Shown here piece after piece: positions 1 to 9,389 of a stretch of DNA of 64,000 bases. Positions within the stretch are counted from its first letter, which is position 1; every line of letters begins with the position of its first letter. Both the position numbers and the translations under genes were made by a program. Location: contig CAWJEX010000003.1 in the NCBI GenBank assembly GCA_963841995.1, forward strand, positions 154,081-218,080. The letters run 5' to 3'. This DNA is from an uncultured Alphaproteobacteria bacterium (GTDB lineage Bacteria; Pseudomonadota; Alphaproteobacteria; DATDPM01). The notes beneath the pieces are model-generated. The model was given only the letters and a program-made list of their open reading frames with translations. It was not told the DNA's origin and did not search any database.

Positions 1-1084
1 CGGCGACGGCGCTGCGAACGGGGCCTGGCCGAGCACCCGGAGCGACCCGACCAGAACCTCTGGCTTCCCATCGAAGCCGGTGGCGCGCAACGCGGAGACC
101 ACGAATTCATTGGGCGTCTTGACCTTCGGCAAAGGCTCCGCCCAAGTCTCTGGGGAGGAGACGAGTGCCAGCGCCAGGGCCTTCAGATTGCCGTCGGTTT
201 TCCGGAAAATATCGGTAAGCCGGGCGACCGCCGCCGGCGCCGGCTCATCGGCCATGAAGTGGCGGGCAAGCTTGGTGGCGACATGCTTGGCGGTCGCGGG
301 ATGGCGAGCAATAACCGCCAGCGCGCGCGTCCCTTCCTCTTCTCCCACTTCCCGATATTCGACGCCTAGAAGTGTCTTGTCGCCCGGTTCGTGAATCCGG
401 TCATAGAACTGGAAACTCCGATTGTCGGCTTGTTCGCCGTCTTTCAGCCTCACCACCGACCAGCCGGTCAGAATCTTGGCGAATTCACGCACGTCGGTTT
501 GGCTATAGCCGCCATCGACGCCGACCGTGTGCAGTTCGAGAATTCTCGCGCGCCAGATTTTCATTGAGCCCTTTGTTTTGGCGCCTCCCCGCAATCGAAT
601 CGGGACCGATCGACTGGGCGTTGTCGAGATAGAGCAGCATCGCCGGATGGCGGGTCGAAGCCGCGAGCATGTCGAGGAAACGGCCGGTCACATGGGGCCG
701 AATCGCCTCGCGTTCGAAGGCGCCGGAAAGTCCCAGGATCTTCGGGCGCTGCACGGAAACGGTGAAGTGATTCGACCAGAAGGCAACGAACCGTTCGAGG
801 ACCGGCTGCTTGGTCTCGATTTGATTCTGGGTTCGCGCCGCGGCCTCGGCCATATAAGCATCGCGCAAATTGCCGCGGATCATTTTTTGAAAATCGGGAT
901 TTTTCTTGTCTTGGGAAAAACGCTCGATTTCGGCCAGGCGCTGGCGGCCCGGCGCCAGATCGGCGAGGCGCGGCGGCAAGCCTGCTGGAAGTTCTAGCTG
1001 CTGGATGATCCAGCCGCGCGGAATCCGAAGCGGCCGCGGCCAACTCGCCGGGCTTGGCACCAAGCCCGAATCGGTTGACTGCAA
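1..1084 (-). CDS. DUF1800-family protein, runs off the window edge at its 3' end, with an apparent 1-nt frameshift near 541-547
   Basis: The ORF 503..1084 carries the DUF1800 signatures 'FWSNHFTV' and 'LYLDN...GLNENLARE'. Reading the minus strand below 540 in another frame continues the family pattern with no stop down to position 1: 'LELHTVGVDGGYSQTDVREFAKILTGW...FQFYDRIHEPGDKTLLGV...'. Confidence 0.6.
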
Positions 1085-1102
1085 TGGCGGCTTCCGGCGC
1101 GA

Positions 1103-1588
1103 TCACCGGTTGGGCGCTCCCCTATCCTTGTCCCATTCGGCGAGAGTTTTGCGCGCATCCGGCGAGAGATGGGAAATGGCGTCGGCCAGGGCGCTATGCA
1201 TTACTTTCTGCATGTCCTGCATCCGGCCGCGAACCTCCCCGAACGCCGCTTCCAGCGCGGTGCGATCGAAAGGATCGGCGGCGACGGCATCGCGTACCTT
1301 TTGCCGCGCATCGCGGACTTGCTTTTCCGCTGTCGCCATTTCCGCCCGGTATTCCACAATCACCGACAGGAATTGATCGCGGTCGGCGGCCGGCAGGCTG
1401 CTCGCCATGCGGTCGATGAAGGCGTGCATCCCGGGCCGTTCATTGGGCGAGCGCTGATCGGCGAATTCATGGGGCGGACGATGAAACCGGTGCGCGACCA
1501 CGAATCCGCCGATGAACAAATTGAGGCCGAGCGAAAGGAAGAGCGCCAGGAGCACCCATTTCGCGGCACGGGGATCGAGCGTCACCAT
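1103..1588 (-). CDS. Spy/CpxP-like periplasmic protein (LTxxQ-type periplasmic stress/heavy-metal sensor family)
   Basis: It has an N-terminal signal/TM segment, then helical LTxxQ-like repeats ('ADRDQFLSVI', 'LSPDARKTLAEW'). It is the last gene of the sigma/anti-sigma operon. Confidence 0.55.
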   Translation of the reverse strand: MVTLDPRAAKWVLLALFLSLGLNLFIGGFVVAHRFHRPPHEFADQRSPNERPGMHAFIDRMASSLPAADRDQFLSVIVEYRAEMATAEKQVRDARQKVRDAVAADPFDRTALEAAFGEVRGRMQDMQKVMHSALADAISHLSPDARKTLAEWDKDRGAPNR

Positions 1589-2016
1589 GGCGCGACGTCC
1601 GTGACCGTGAAGCCTGAAACTTGATCGGCGGCTTCGGCCTGAGTGCCCAAACTATAATCCGCGGCCAAGCCCATCCAGCCGACGATGCATCCGGCGGCAG
1701 CGGCAGCGGCAAGACCGGCGAAGCCCGGCCAAGCTCCGGTCAATGGAAATTTCCGGCGCGACGATTGGGGCAAGCGGTGAACGTTGCCCGTCGCGTCCCT
1801 GATCGCGGCAACAACGCCCTTCGCGTCCAGGCGCAGCTCGATCGCCTGGCCCGCTTCGTTCAGCAGCGAATCGAGCCGGCGCGCTTCGTCACGAAGGCGC
1901 TGCGCCTCCCGCGAATTGGCCAATAGCGCCAGTGCTCCATCCCGTTCGGTTTCCGGCCACCGCGCCGGATCCGCGCCAAAGGCGTCAAGAATTTGCCGCA
2001 AGCGTTCAATTGTCAT
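1582..2016 (-). CDS. anti-sigma factor (single-pass membrane protein)
   Basis: It starts at the ATG at 2016 ('MTIERLRQILDAFGADPARWPETER...'), which matches the 'AYGADPxRWP' N-terminus of alphaproteobacterial ECF anti-sigma factors. It has one TM helix ('WPGFAGLAAAAAAGCIVGWMGLAA'). Its start overlaps the sigma ORF stop by 4 bp (ATGA). Confidence 0.55.
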   Translation of the reverse strand: MTIERLRQILDAFGADPARWPETERDGALALLANSREAQRLRDEARRLDSLLNEAGQAIELRLDAKGVVAAIRDATGNVHRLPQSSRRKFPLTGAWPGFAGLAAAAAAGCIVGWMGLAADYSLGTQAEAADQVSGFTVTDVAPW

Positions 2017-2624
2017 CGTCGTTCCTCCTGCTCCCCTTCCCCTACTTGTCCACTGGCGCCTATTTGTCCATCGGTGCCATGAGATCGGCCAAATTTTCCC
2101 GCAACGTTCGCCGGGCCCGGACCAGCAGCGATTTCGATCGCCCCCACGCTGATCTCGAGAATCTCCGCCGCCTCGATATTGCTCACGCCTTCGAAATGGC
2201 AGAGCGTCAAGGCTGTGCGTTGACGGTCCGGCAATTGGGCAATCGCCGTTTGAACCCGGCGCGAGGTTTCGTTCGCCGCCAATATCTCGAGACCGTCCGG
2301 CTTCGAGTCCGCGATTTCGCCCGCCGCTTCGATCGGCGCCGGCGTCGGCTTCCGGGTGCGGTCGATGCAGAGATTCATGAGCACCCGGTAAAACCAGGTC
2401 GAAAACCGGGCACCGCCCTCGGCTTCGGGCTGCCACTCGGGAGCCTTGAGCCAAACCCGCAAAAACGCCTCCTGCACCACATCTTCCCCTTCGGCCTTGT
2501 TGCCAACGACCCGGGCGGCGAGCTTGCCCGCGTTAACCAGATGCCGTTCGACCAGTTTGGCAAAAGCCGCGTGATCGCCGGTACCCGAAAGCCGCATGAG
2601 CTCGTCGTCGGAACGTTCGTCCAT
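2013..2624 (-). CDS. ECF (sigma-70 family) RNA polymerase sigma factor with an aberrant C-terminus from an apparent +1 frameshift at ~2131-2135
   Basis: Regions 2 and 4 of sigma-70 are recognisable ('VQEAFLRVW...', 'LPDRQRTALTLCHFEGVSNIEAAEILEISVGAIE'). The canonical end of region 4.2, 'SKSLLVRARRTLRENLADLMAPMDK*', is encoded in the adjacent frame and stops at 2060. The annotated frame instead gives a Gly-rich 39-aa tail. Confidence 0.75.
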   Translation of the reverse strand: MDERSDDELMRLSGTGDHAAFAKLVERHLVNAGKLAARVVGNKAEGEDVVQEAFLRVWLKAPEWQPEAEGGARFSTWFYRVLMNLCIDRTRKPTPAPIEAAGEIADSKPDGLEILAANETSRRVQTAIAQLPDRQRTALTLCHFEGVSNIEAAEILEISVGAIEIAAGPGPANVAGKFGRSHGTDGQIGASGQVGEGEQEERR

Positions 2625-2750
2625 GGGCGATTCGGACCTAATGATTTATTCACGGAAGCGTGAGCGATTCCCTGCGCCGGCAATTACGCCGGGCGGGCGC
2701 CCCAGACTAAGGTTAATCGGGGATTAAGAAAATCCCGGGTTTGGAGGGGG

Positions 2751-3398
2751 CTAATTAGGCTGGGCGTCGGGCAATTTGCCGCCACCGGGCTGGCTGGGGG
2801 CAGGCTTGGCAGCGGGCGCCACAGGTGCCGTGGTGCTGACTGGCCGAACGCCAGGGGCGGCCACCGGGACGGCCGCCGGGGGTGCTACCCTGGGCGCTGT
2901 CTCGGCCTCAGTTTCGATCTTGGCCCAATTGGCGTCGGCAGTTTCGATAAATCCCTCGATTTCGGCCAACCACTGCTTTCTTACCGCCTCGGACGTATTG
3001 AGATAGAGCTTGCCGTCGAGGATCGTCCAAATCGTGGGATCGGCTACGGCCGGGGCGCCTTCGGCGACCGCATAGGCCGAATAGCCGCCGTATTGCGGCG
3101 CGTATTTCTCGGGCTTGGCCTTAAAGGAATCGCGGTGAGTGGGATCCGAGAACAGCCACGTTGCCCCCGCCCATTGATAAGCAAATTCTTTCGATCCCGC
3201 CTCGGCGTGGCCGTCGGCGAAATAGGCGACCGGGTCGTAGCCCTTTATCGCGACATTGTCGGCTCCCGACACGCTGATGTTGGATATGCCGTTCGGGGAG
3301 CCAGCAGCGGCTTGGCCAACCGCCATCAGCACTACGATCGCAGCGATGGCCGCGAGCTCGTGATCCCGCCGCAAATTAATCATGATCGGAAACTCCAC
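2751..3398 (-). CDS. secreted YHS-domain protein (putative metal-binding)
   Basis: It has a signal peptide and a YHS motif ('AIKGYDPVAYFADGHAEAGSKEFAYQWAGATWLF'). The C-terminal tail is Pro/Ala-rich. Confidence 0.6.
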   Translation of the reverse strand: MEFPIMINLRRDHELAAIAAIVVLMAVGQAAAGSPNGISNISVSGADNVAIKGYDPVAYFADGHAEAGSKEFAYQWAGATWLFSDPTHRDSFKAKPEKYAPQYGGYSAYAVAEGAPAVADPTIWTILDGKLYLNTSEAVRKQWLAEIEGFIETADANWAKIETEAETAPRVAPPAAVPVAAPGVRPVSTTAPVAPAAKPAPSQPGGGKLPDAQPN

Positions 3399-3579
3399 TT
3401 ATTGCACCGGCCTATGACCGCCGCTTTCACCTTGTATAGGAATGGGCCTCCGCCCGAAGACAATCAACACCTCCGGGTCTTTGCGGAATAGCCGATCCAT
3501 CAATAGGCGGCCTGGAAATATAACACGGGCCTGAAAAACCGGCCGCGACGGTCCACGCTTATCGCCGCGTCGAGCGGAA

Positions 3580-4116
3580 TTATTCGGCTTCGAGACGAAG
3601 CTGGCCGCGGCGCGGACCGCACGGGCGGCAATAGCAATCATGAATTTTCCGCCGAGGCGGGCGGACGAAATAATAGCGCTCGCCGCAATTGCCGCAGGCC
3701 CAGGTGACGACCGCATGAGCCCTGGCGGAAATATAGTCGATTTGATGCCGGACCACCGGATCTTCGCCGAGCAGTTCCATCGTCTGTTCCCAGCGCCAAT
3801 CATGCCCGCAATTCCGGCCCCAGTTGAGGTCGGCCAAGATATGGGCGCACTCGTGGAGAAAGGTGGTGTTGCGATCGCGCTCACGCCCGGCGCGCATCAG
3901 CGCGCCGTTCAAAACGATCCGCCGCTCCCGGGTATAGGCGGCGCCCGCTTGGATTTTGGCCCGCCGGCTCGCTTCGACGATCGTCCGCAAGCACTCGGTA
4001 TAGGCGTAGCCGAGCAACGCCGCCTTGAGCAGCCGCCCTTTAACTCTCCAGGCTGTGGCGAGTTCCGCCACCGTGCCCAAAACGTCCGTCGTCGATCCGT
4101 TTTTCATGATCCGCAA
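3580..4116 (-). CDS. SprT-like zinc metalloprotease-domain protein
   Basis: It carries an HExxH motif ('LHECAHILA') and a C-terminal Cys-rich zinc ribbon ('CGNCGERYYF...CYCRPCG'). Confidence 0.55.
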   Translation of the reverse strand: MRIMKNGSTTDVLGTVAELATAWRVKGRLLKAALLGYAYTECLRTIVEASRRAKIQAGAAYTRERRIVLNGALMRAGRERDRNTTFLHECAHILADLNWGRNCGHDWRWEQTMELLGEDPVVRHQIDYISARAHAVVTWACGNCGERYYFVRPPRRKIHDCYCRPCGPRRGQLRLEAE

Positions 4117-4402
4117 ATCTTAGCCGAGCCGAGGCCCTCGCGAAAAGAGACCGCCGCAGGATTCGTCCCTTGACTTTTGTCCTCGATTCGCTCCCCGGCC
4201 GGACCGCGGATTTTGGCCGAAAATCCAGTTCCGATTGCGCCCTTTCCAGCCGCACTTTAGTGTAATCCTTAAAGCCGAGCCAAGGGAGCTGCGCCTTTCC
4301 GGCCGGCGCGCAGCGCCCTTGGTTGGGGATTAACGGTCAAATCGGGGAGACCGGACATCCGTCCTATTTTCACGCAACTCAATTCCGACGCGGGGTAGAG
4401 CC

Positions 4403-5788
4403 ATGGATTTGTGGCGCACCAAAGCGCTGAACGCCGACGTTGTTCACGAGGGGCAGCTTCGGCGGGTGTTGGGCCCGGTCGATCTCACCGTGCTCGGCAT
4501 CGGGTGCATCATCGGCGCCGGCATTTTCGTTCTCACCGGACACGCGGCGGCGACGTCCGCCGGCCCGGGCATCGTTCTGTCCTATGTGATGTCGGGCTTG
4601 GCCTGCGCCTTCAGCGCGCTGGCCTATGCCGAGCTTGCCTCGGCGATCGGCGGCTGCGGCAGCGCCTATGGCTATGCCTATGCCGGCCTCGGCGAAATCA
4701 TGGCCTGGATCATCGGCTGGGATTTGCTTTTGGAATACGGCGTATCGGTGCCCACCGTGGCCTTGGGTTGGGCGAGCTATATGAACGACGCACTGACCAC
4801 GATGGGGCTGCCGATTCCCGACTCTCTCCTCCACAGCCCTTACGACCACGCCCAGGCCGGCATGGTGAATTTGCCCGCGGCGCTCATCATTCTGGCGCTG
4901 AGCGTCTTGCTCTGCATCGGAGTCAAGGTAAGCGCGCATTTCAACGCGCTGATGGTGACGGTGAAGCTCTGCGTGCTCGCCCTGTTCATCGCGATTGCGG
5001 TATTCGACGTCAATCCGGCGAATTGGCACCCTTTCATGCCCTTCGGCTGGGGCGGGGTGATGCAGGGTGCGGCCCTGATTTTCTTCGCCTATATCGGATT
5101 CGACGCGGTGTCGACCGCCGCCGAAGAAGCGCGCAATCCCCAGCGCGATCTGCCGATCGGAATTCTGGCCTCGCTCGCGATATGCACGGTGCTTTACATC
5201 GTCGTCTCGGGATTGCTGACCGGCATCGTTCCCTATTCGACGCTCAATGTGGCAAGCCCGGTGGCTGATGCGCTGATCCGCGCCGGGCACCGGATCGCGG
5301 GGGCTGCGATCGCGGTCGGAGCGATCGCGGGGCTCACGACCGTCATGCTCGTTCTCTATTACGGATTGACGCGAATCTTTTTGGCGATCGCCCGCGACGG
5401 ATTGCTGCCGCCGGTTTTTTCCGCGGTCAACAAAACAACGAAAACACCGATCCGCGTCATTCTGGTGAGCGGCGTGATCATGGCGTTGATCGCCGGCTTC
5501 ACCCCCATCGAGGGCGTGGCGCAGCTGGTGAATATCGGAACGCTCGCCGCCTTTGCATTGGTTTGCGCCGGCGTCATCGTGCTGCGCGCGACCGAGCCCG
5601 ACCTGCCTCGGCCGTTCAAGACCCCGTGGTCGCCGCTGATCCCGGTTCTCGGGATCGTCTTTTGTCTCTATCTGATCTACAGCCTGCCGGTCGTAACCTG
5701 GCTGCGCTTCGTGATCTGGATGGCGGTCGGCTTTGTCGTCTATTTCGGCTATTCGCATCGGAACAGCCTGCTCGCTCGGCAGTCCTAG
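4403..5788 (+). CDS. APC-family amino acid permease
   Basis: The 461-aa product has ~12 TM helices and the usual N-terminal 'LGPVDLTVLGIGCIIGAGIFVLTG' motif of amino-acid/polyamine transporters. Its TAG stop lies inside the MITE inverted repeat. Confidence 0.85.
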   Translation: MDLWRTKALNADVVHEGQLRRVLGPVDLTVLGIGCIIGAGIFVLTGHAAATSAGPGIVLSYVMSGLACAFSALAYAELASAIGGCGSAYGYAYAGLGEIMAWIIGWDLLLEYGVSVPTVALGWASYMNDALTTMGLPIPDSLLHSPYDHAQAGMVNLPAALIILALSVLLCIGVKVSAHFNALMVTVKLCVLALFIAIAVFDVNPANWHPFMPFGWGGVMQGAALIFFAYIGFDAVSTAAEEARNPQRDLPIGILASLAICTVLYIVVSGLLTGIVPYSTLNVASPVADALIRAGHRIAGAAIAVGAIAGLTTVMLVLYYGLTRIFLAIARDGLLPPVFSAVNKTTKTPIRVILVSGVIMALIAGFTPIEGVAQLVNIGTLAAFALVCAGVIVLRATEPDLPRPFKTPWSPLIPVLGIVFCLYLIYSLPVVTWLRFVIWMAVGFVVYFGYSHRNSLLARQS

Positions 5789-6013
5789 AGCATGATCTTG
5801 TCAGTTTGAATTGGCTGCGTTGCGCTTTTGGTGCGGCGATCCGCCAGGCGCGCCAAGCCCGCCAAGGCACAACCCCAAGGGCCCGGGTCTTTTGCCGCCG
5901 CGGGTTCGTCGAAGCGCTCGCCCGTAGTCCCTGCTACGCGCTTCGCGCTTCTCCTGCCCGGGGCGCAAAATACCTCCGGTGCAGCCGGTTCCAACTGACA
6001 AGATCATGCTCTA
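5786..6013 (+). mobile_element. MITE copy 1 (228 bp), with perfect 21-bp TIRs TAGAGCATGATCTTGTCAGTT and a GC-rich palindromic core
   Basis: The left end is tagagcatgatcttgtcagtt and the right end aactgacaagatcatgctcta. It is 228 bp, like copy 4 at 62045-62272. A TA dinucleotide sits at both element boundaries. Confidence 0.75.
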
Positions 6014-6055
6014 AGCCGCTATACGACGTCCGTCGGTCGCTTCATTGTCCGACCG

Positions 6056-6732
6056 TTAGATTTATCGAATACCGCCGTTCCGCCGCCTGCGGGAGAACAC
6101 GAGCCAGACGCCGCCAACTCCCAAAAAGAGCAGCCCCAACAGCGCGACCGGCCCAAGATTTCGTCTCCGGCGCGATGCGTTCGGCCACCGCGCTCGCAAC
6201 GGCGCCGGAAAACAGGATCGTGGGGGCCCAGAGGAAGGCCCACGCAACATTCGCCAGCCAAAAGCGCCCGCTGCATCCGCCTGATGCCGGCAGCCAGCGG
6301 GATCACCGCCCGCACCGGTCCGAAGAACCGTCCGATGAAGACGCTTTTCTGGCCATGCCGTTTGAAAAATGCGATCCCGCGCGGGATCAGCTCCGAATAT
6401 TTTGTGAACGGCCAAACGCGGTGCACCTCGTGACCGAATTGCCAGCCAATCCAGTAAGAAATGCCGTCGCCGAGGATGGCCCCGACGACGACGGCGATCA
6501 GAACTGGCCACACGGGCAGTATGCCCCGCGGCAACAGCGCTCCCGCCGCCAGCAGGATCACCGTGCCGGGGATCTGCAGACTGAGGAAGGCAAGCGATTT
6601 GCCAAACGCCGCCGCCAAGATGATCAGCGCCGCCCAAGCCGAGTACGTCGCGATGAAATCGGCCACGACATGAGTGGTGTGCTCCACGATTTGCCAGAAT
6701 AAACCAAGCGAATGGCGGCGACACCATCGCAT
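6056..6732 (-). CDS. DedA/SNARE-associated family membrane protein, with an apparent 1-nt frameshift at ~6266-6270
   Basis: The N-terminal ~150 aa are typical DedA ('GDGISYWIGWQFG', 'FGPVRAVIPLAAGI'). After 'RRMQR' the family continuation 'RFWLANVAWAFLWAPTILFSGAVAS...' is read in the adjacent frame and ends at 6056. The shift sits in a GGG run. Confidence 0.7.
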
Positions 6733-6872
6733 TTCGAGATTGCGTGTCGAATTTACAGGCGGCTTTGTCGTCTATTTAGGCTATTCGCATCGGAACAGCC
6801 TGCTCGCTCGGGCGGGCCAGCGCGGCCGATTTTCGAGTTGACGCGCGGCCCGCCCGGATAGCACCGCGGAAC

Positions 6873-7067
6873 TTAGACAGCCTCGCGCAGCGGGCTTTCC
6901 AGCCATGACGCCGGAATATTCGGCAGAATGAATTTGTGCCCGTTGAGATCGACCGCGACGTCGACTTGCGGCGTCCGTTCGATCGTCTTGCCGACAACTC
7001 TTCCGGTCAGTTGTATGTCCAATCGTACCGTATCATTGATGTCCATTGTCCACGCTCCATCCCCCAC
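6873..7067 (-). CDS. hypothetical small protein (possibly PRC-barrel-like)
   Basis: The 64-aa ORF reads 'VVGKTIERTPQVDVAVDLNGHKFILPN'. Support is weak. Confidence 0.3.
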   Translation of the reverse strand: MGDGAWTMDINDTVRLDIQLTGRVVGKTIERTPQVDVAVDLNGHKFILPNIPASWLESPLREAV

Positions 7068-7352
7068 TTCTGTTTCGTTGACGATCCGCCCTTTATCCGC
7101 CGCGTCAACCGCGCGGCGTGTTGTTAGACGTCTTATTGTGAGGCTTCTTTCGCCGCGTCATCCGCGCAGCGCTGACCTTCAATGTGGCCGATGAAAGGAT
7201 TAATTACACGCGCTTTTAAATAAAATTTTACCGATTAGTAACCTTAACGGCGCGCGCGTTATGGTTAATGGAGCCGGTGCTTAAAGACGGCGTAATCGGC
7301 ATCGCCGCGCCGCCGTGATGGCGGTGCGGTATTTTGACGGAACTTTGTCTTC

Positions 7353-8914
7353 CTAAACCTCCCCACGGATAAATCCGGGGGGTTCTGAAGAGCTGGCGGG
7401 CGATTTTCTCCCGCCTTTATCGGTTCTCCGCGGCCCTCCCGGATGAGCAATGCCCACCGGTACGCCGTCCGCAGCCTCGCCGATAACTATACCCTTCTTC
7501 GACGGGCGACCCGCTCCGACGGTCTTGCGGCCGTGGGGTGCCGGAAAACCGGACCCGCTTGCAGGTTGGTGTTCGCTTGACGCCGCCCGTCGCAGCAGCG
7601 GTTTCGCAGCCGGAAAGGCCAGTGTGGCCTGCCGGGCGTCAAGCGTGTTCAAGCTCACATGGCGAGCCAGAAAAGCGGAATAGAGATCGCGCTGTATTGC
7701 GCCGGAACCGTCGCCCAGGACATGCAGGCGCTGGCTCAACGGCTTTTTCGCGAAATCGCCGGTGGTGTGGTCGAACTGGCTAAGACAGGTCGTGCTGGTT
7801 TTGAACTCGATCAGCTGTCCGCCCGCGCGTTTGGTCTTGTATCGAAGAATGGCGAGAAAAGAACCGCAGCCGCGGACCTTAGTGCTGCGCCCGAAAGATT
7901 TCTGGAAGCCTGAATAAGACAGCTTCTCGGTCTTGATGGTCTTGCCTTGAGCTAGAATGCGGTTGGCAAGCTCGCCATGCGCCCTTTTGCGCTCAGCCGC
8001 CAGCCGGCGTTCGCGCTCGCGTCTTTTTGCGGCAAGGCGCTGATAGCGCTTCGAGCGGTTCCAGAGTTTACGTCCCTTCTTTGCTGTGCCGTTATCATTG
8101 AAGTTGTCTGGATTGGTCGCCCGCCTGGATCGGTCCATCGCGCGCTCGATGCGCCGCATTTGCTTCCAAGGCTGCTCGACGGTCGGGCAGAAAGATTCCA
8201 GCGTCGCATCGCGTCCGGATACCGCGGCAATCGTGCTGGGCCCGATATCCAGACCGACCACGCCATCACTTGCCGGATATTTGACGGTGCATCGCCTTCC
8301 TGGATCAGCTGCACCGACCAGCGGAGACTCCCGCGTATCTCGCGCCGGATCAGGCGGCAATACTTGGTATTGGTTTGCAACGCCTCGCCCTGCCATCGAT
8401 CGCCGGGTGCCAGCATTGCCGTTAGACGCAGTCCTGACCACTCCACAGCGCCGTCCCTGAACCGTATACCGGCCTTATTGGTCTTGCCTTCGACCGAATG
8501 AAGTTCACCAAAGTGCTTGAATCGCGGCCGCCCGCGTTTGCCAAAGGCGTAGTGCCGAACCGCCCGGAAGGCCCGTAGCGCCGCCTTCTGGGTTTCGTTG
8601 GACGACAGATGGCAGCCGACCCAGCAGTTGTTCTTGCAGGCGATCGCATAGCGGTCCGCCATCGAGGATTTGAAATCGAAGCGTTGGATAACCGATTTGA
8701 ACAGATCGGATCTGTCCTGGCCTTTGGGCATTGCCCGCGCCCGCCGCCAGTCGCGGCTTTCCCGCATCAAGGCTAGAACTCGCAAACATTCGCCCAGCAC
8801 CGCGTTGTAAATCTGACGGGCGGCGTCCAGGCGCACCGAGAGGTCGCGACCATCCCCCGCCGTCGTGTTTAACGGCAATTCCAGGACAAAGCTGGAAACG
8901 GAGGTGCTGGCCAT
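7353..8914 (-). pseudogene. tnpB: tnpB (IS605 OrfB, RuvC-like RNA-guided nuclease family), frameshifted near 8265-8290
   Basis: The N-terminal part ('FVLELPLNTTAGDGRDLSVRLDAARQIYNAVLGE') is in one frame. The RuvC-I motif 'VVGLDIGPSTIAAVSG', the zinc-finger region and 'RDLYSAFLARHV' are in another frame. Confidence 0.7.
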
Positions 8915-9308
8915 TCAGACCTTCTTCTGGTTGGCGACATACTGCTTGATGATTTCCAGCGGCGCGCCACCTACCGTGGCTACGAAATAACTGTTGGTCC
9001 ACAATGTGGGCAGCCTGGTCCGCAGACTTCTGAAATTCCTGACGCAAAAGCCTGGACGACCATCCCTTCATCGCCTTCACCAAGCGATGAATGCCAAACT
9101 GCGGATCGGCGTCGACCAGCACATGCACATGATCCGGCATGATCTCCATCTCGATCAGCTGGCATTTATGGGCTGCCACGACATCGATGAGGATCTGCTT
9201 CAAGCGGATCTCCACATCGCCGACAAGCACATTGCGGCGGTACTTCGGGCACCACACCACATGATATTTGCAGGAAAACACCACATTGTGGTTCGAGCGG
9301 TAATCCAT
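8915..9308 (-). pseudogene. tnpA: tnpA (IS200/IS605 Y1 transposase), frameshifted near 9030-9035
   Basis: 'MDYRSNHNVVFSCKYHVVWCPKYRR...HVHVLV...' is the HUH/Y1 transposase. The conserved C-terminus 'RSLRTRLPTLWTNSYFVATVGGAPLEIIKQYVANQKKV*' is read in the adjacent frame. Its TGA is immediately followed by the tnpB ATG. Confidence 0.7.
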
Positions 9309-9389
9309 GCGGCATTATATATCATGCCGCAGCATATGGTACAATACAGGAACGCTATATCACGCGCTTTCCTCCCCATGGCTGAAGCG

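Noticed and set aside
80-632. The + strand ORFs 80-394 and 372-632 at the window start
   Set aside because: The minus strand here encodes the continuation of the DUF1800 protein with clear family motifs. The + strand ORFs are its antisense.
5785-6007. Conserved 68-69-aa ORFs inside every MITE copy (5785-5994, 5801-6007, 13112-13420, 13125-13424, 17768-18013, 62044-62253, 62060-62266)
   Set aside because: Their conservation is explained by nucleotide identity of the repeat. They lie on both strands and span the TIRs, with no RBS. They are not credible proteins.
6062-6330. The frame-2 ORF 6062-6727, whose end 'NLGPVALLGLLFLGVGGVWLVF' looks like a TM helix and could be taken as the DedA C-terminus
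   Set aside because: The third frame gives 'RFWLANVAWAFLWAPTILFSGAV', which matches the DedA family C-terminal consensus (M-x3-RF-x3-N-x2-GA-x2-W). The frame-2 helix is a chance hydrophobic stretch from GC-rich codons.
6936-7127. A possible N-terminal fragment of the macro-domain gene ('FIRRVNRAA' resembling DAIVNAAN) on the far side of the IS
   Set aside because: There are only 4 of 9 identities and no GDIT motif, and the frame is inconsistent. This is not enough to call the displaced 5' half.
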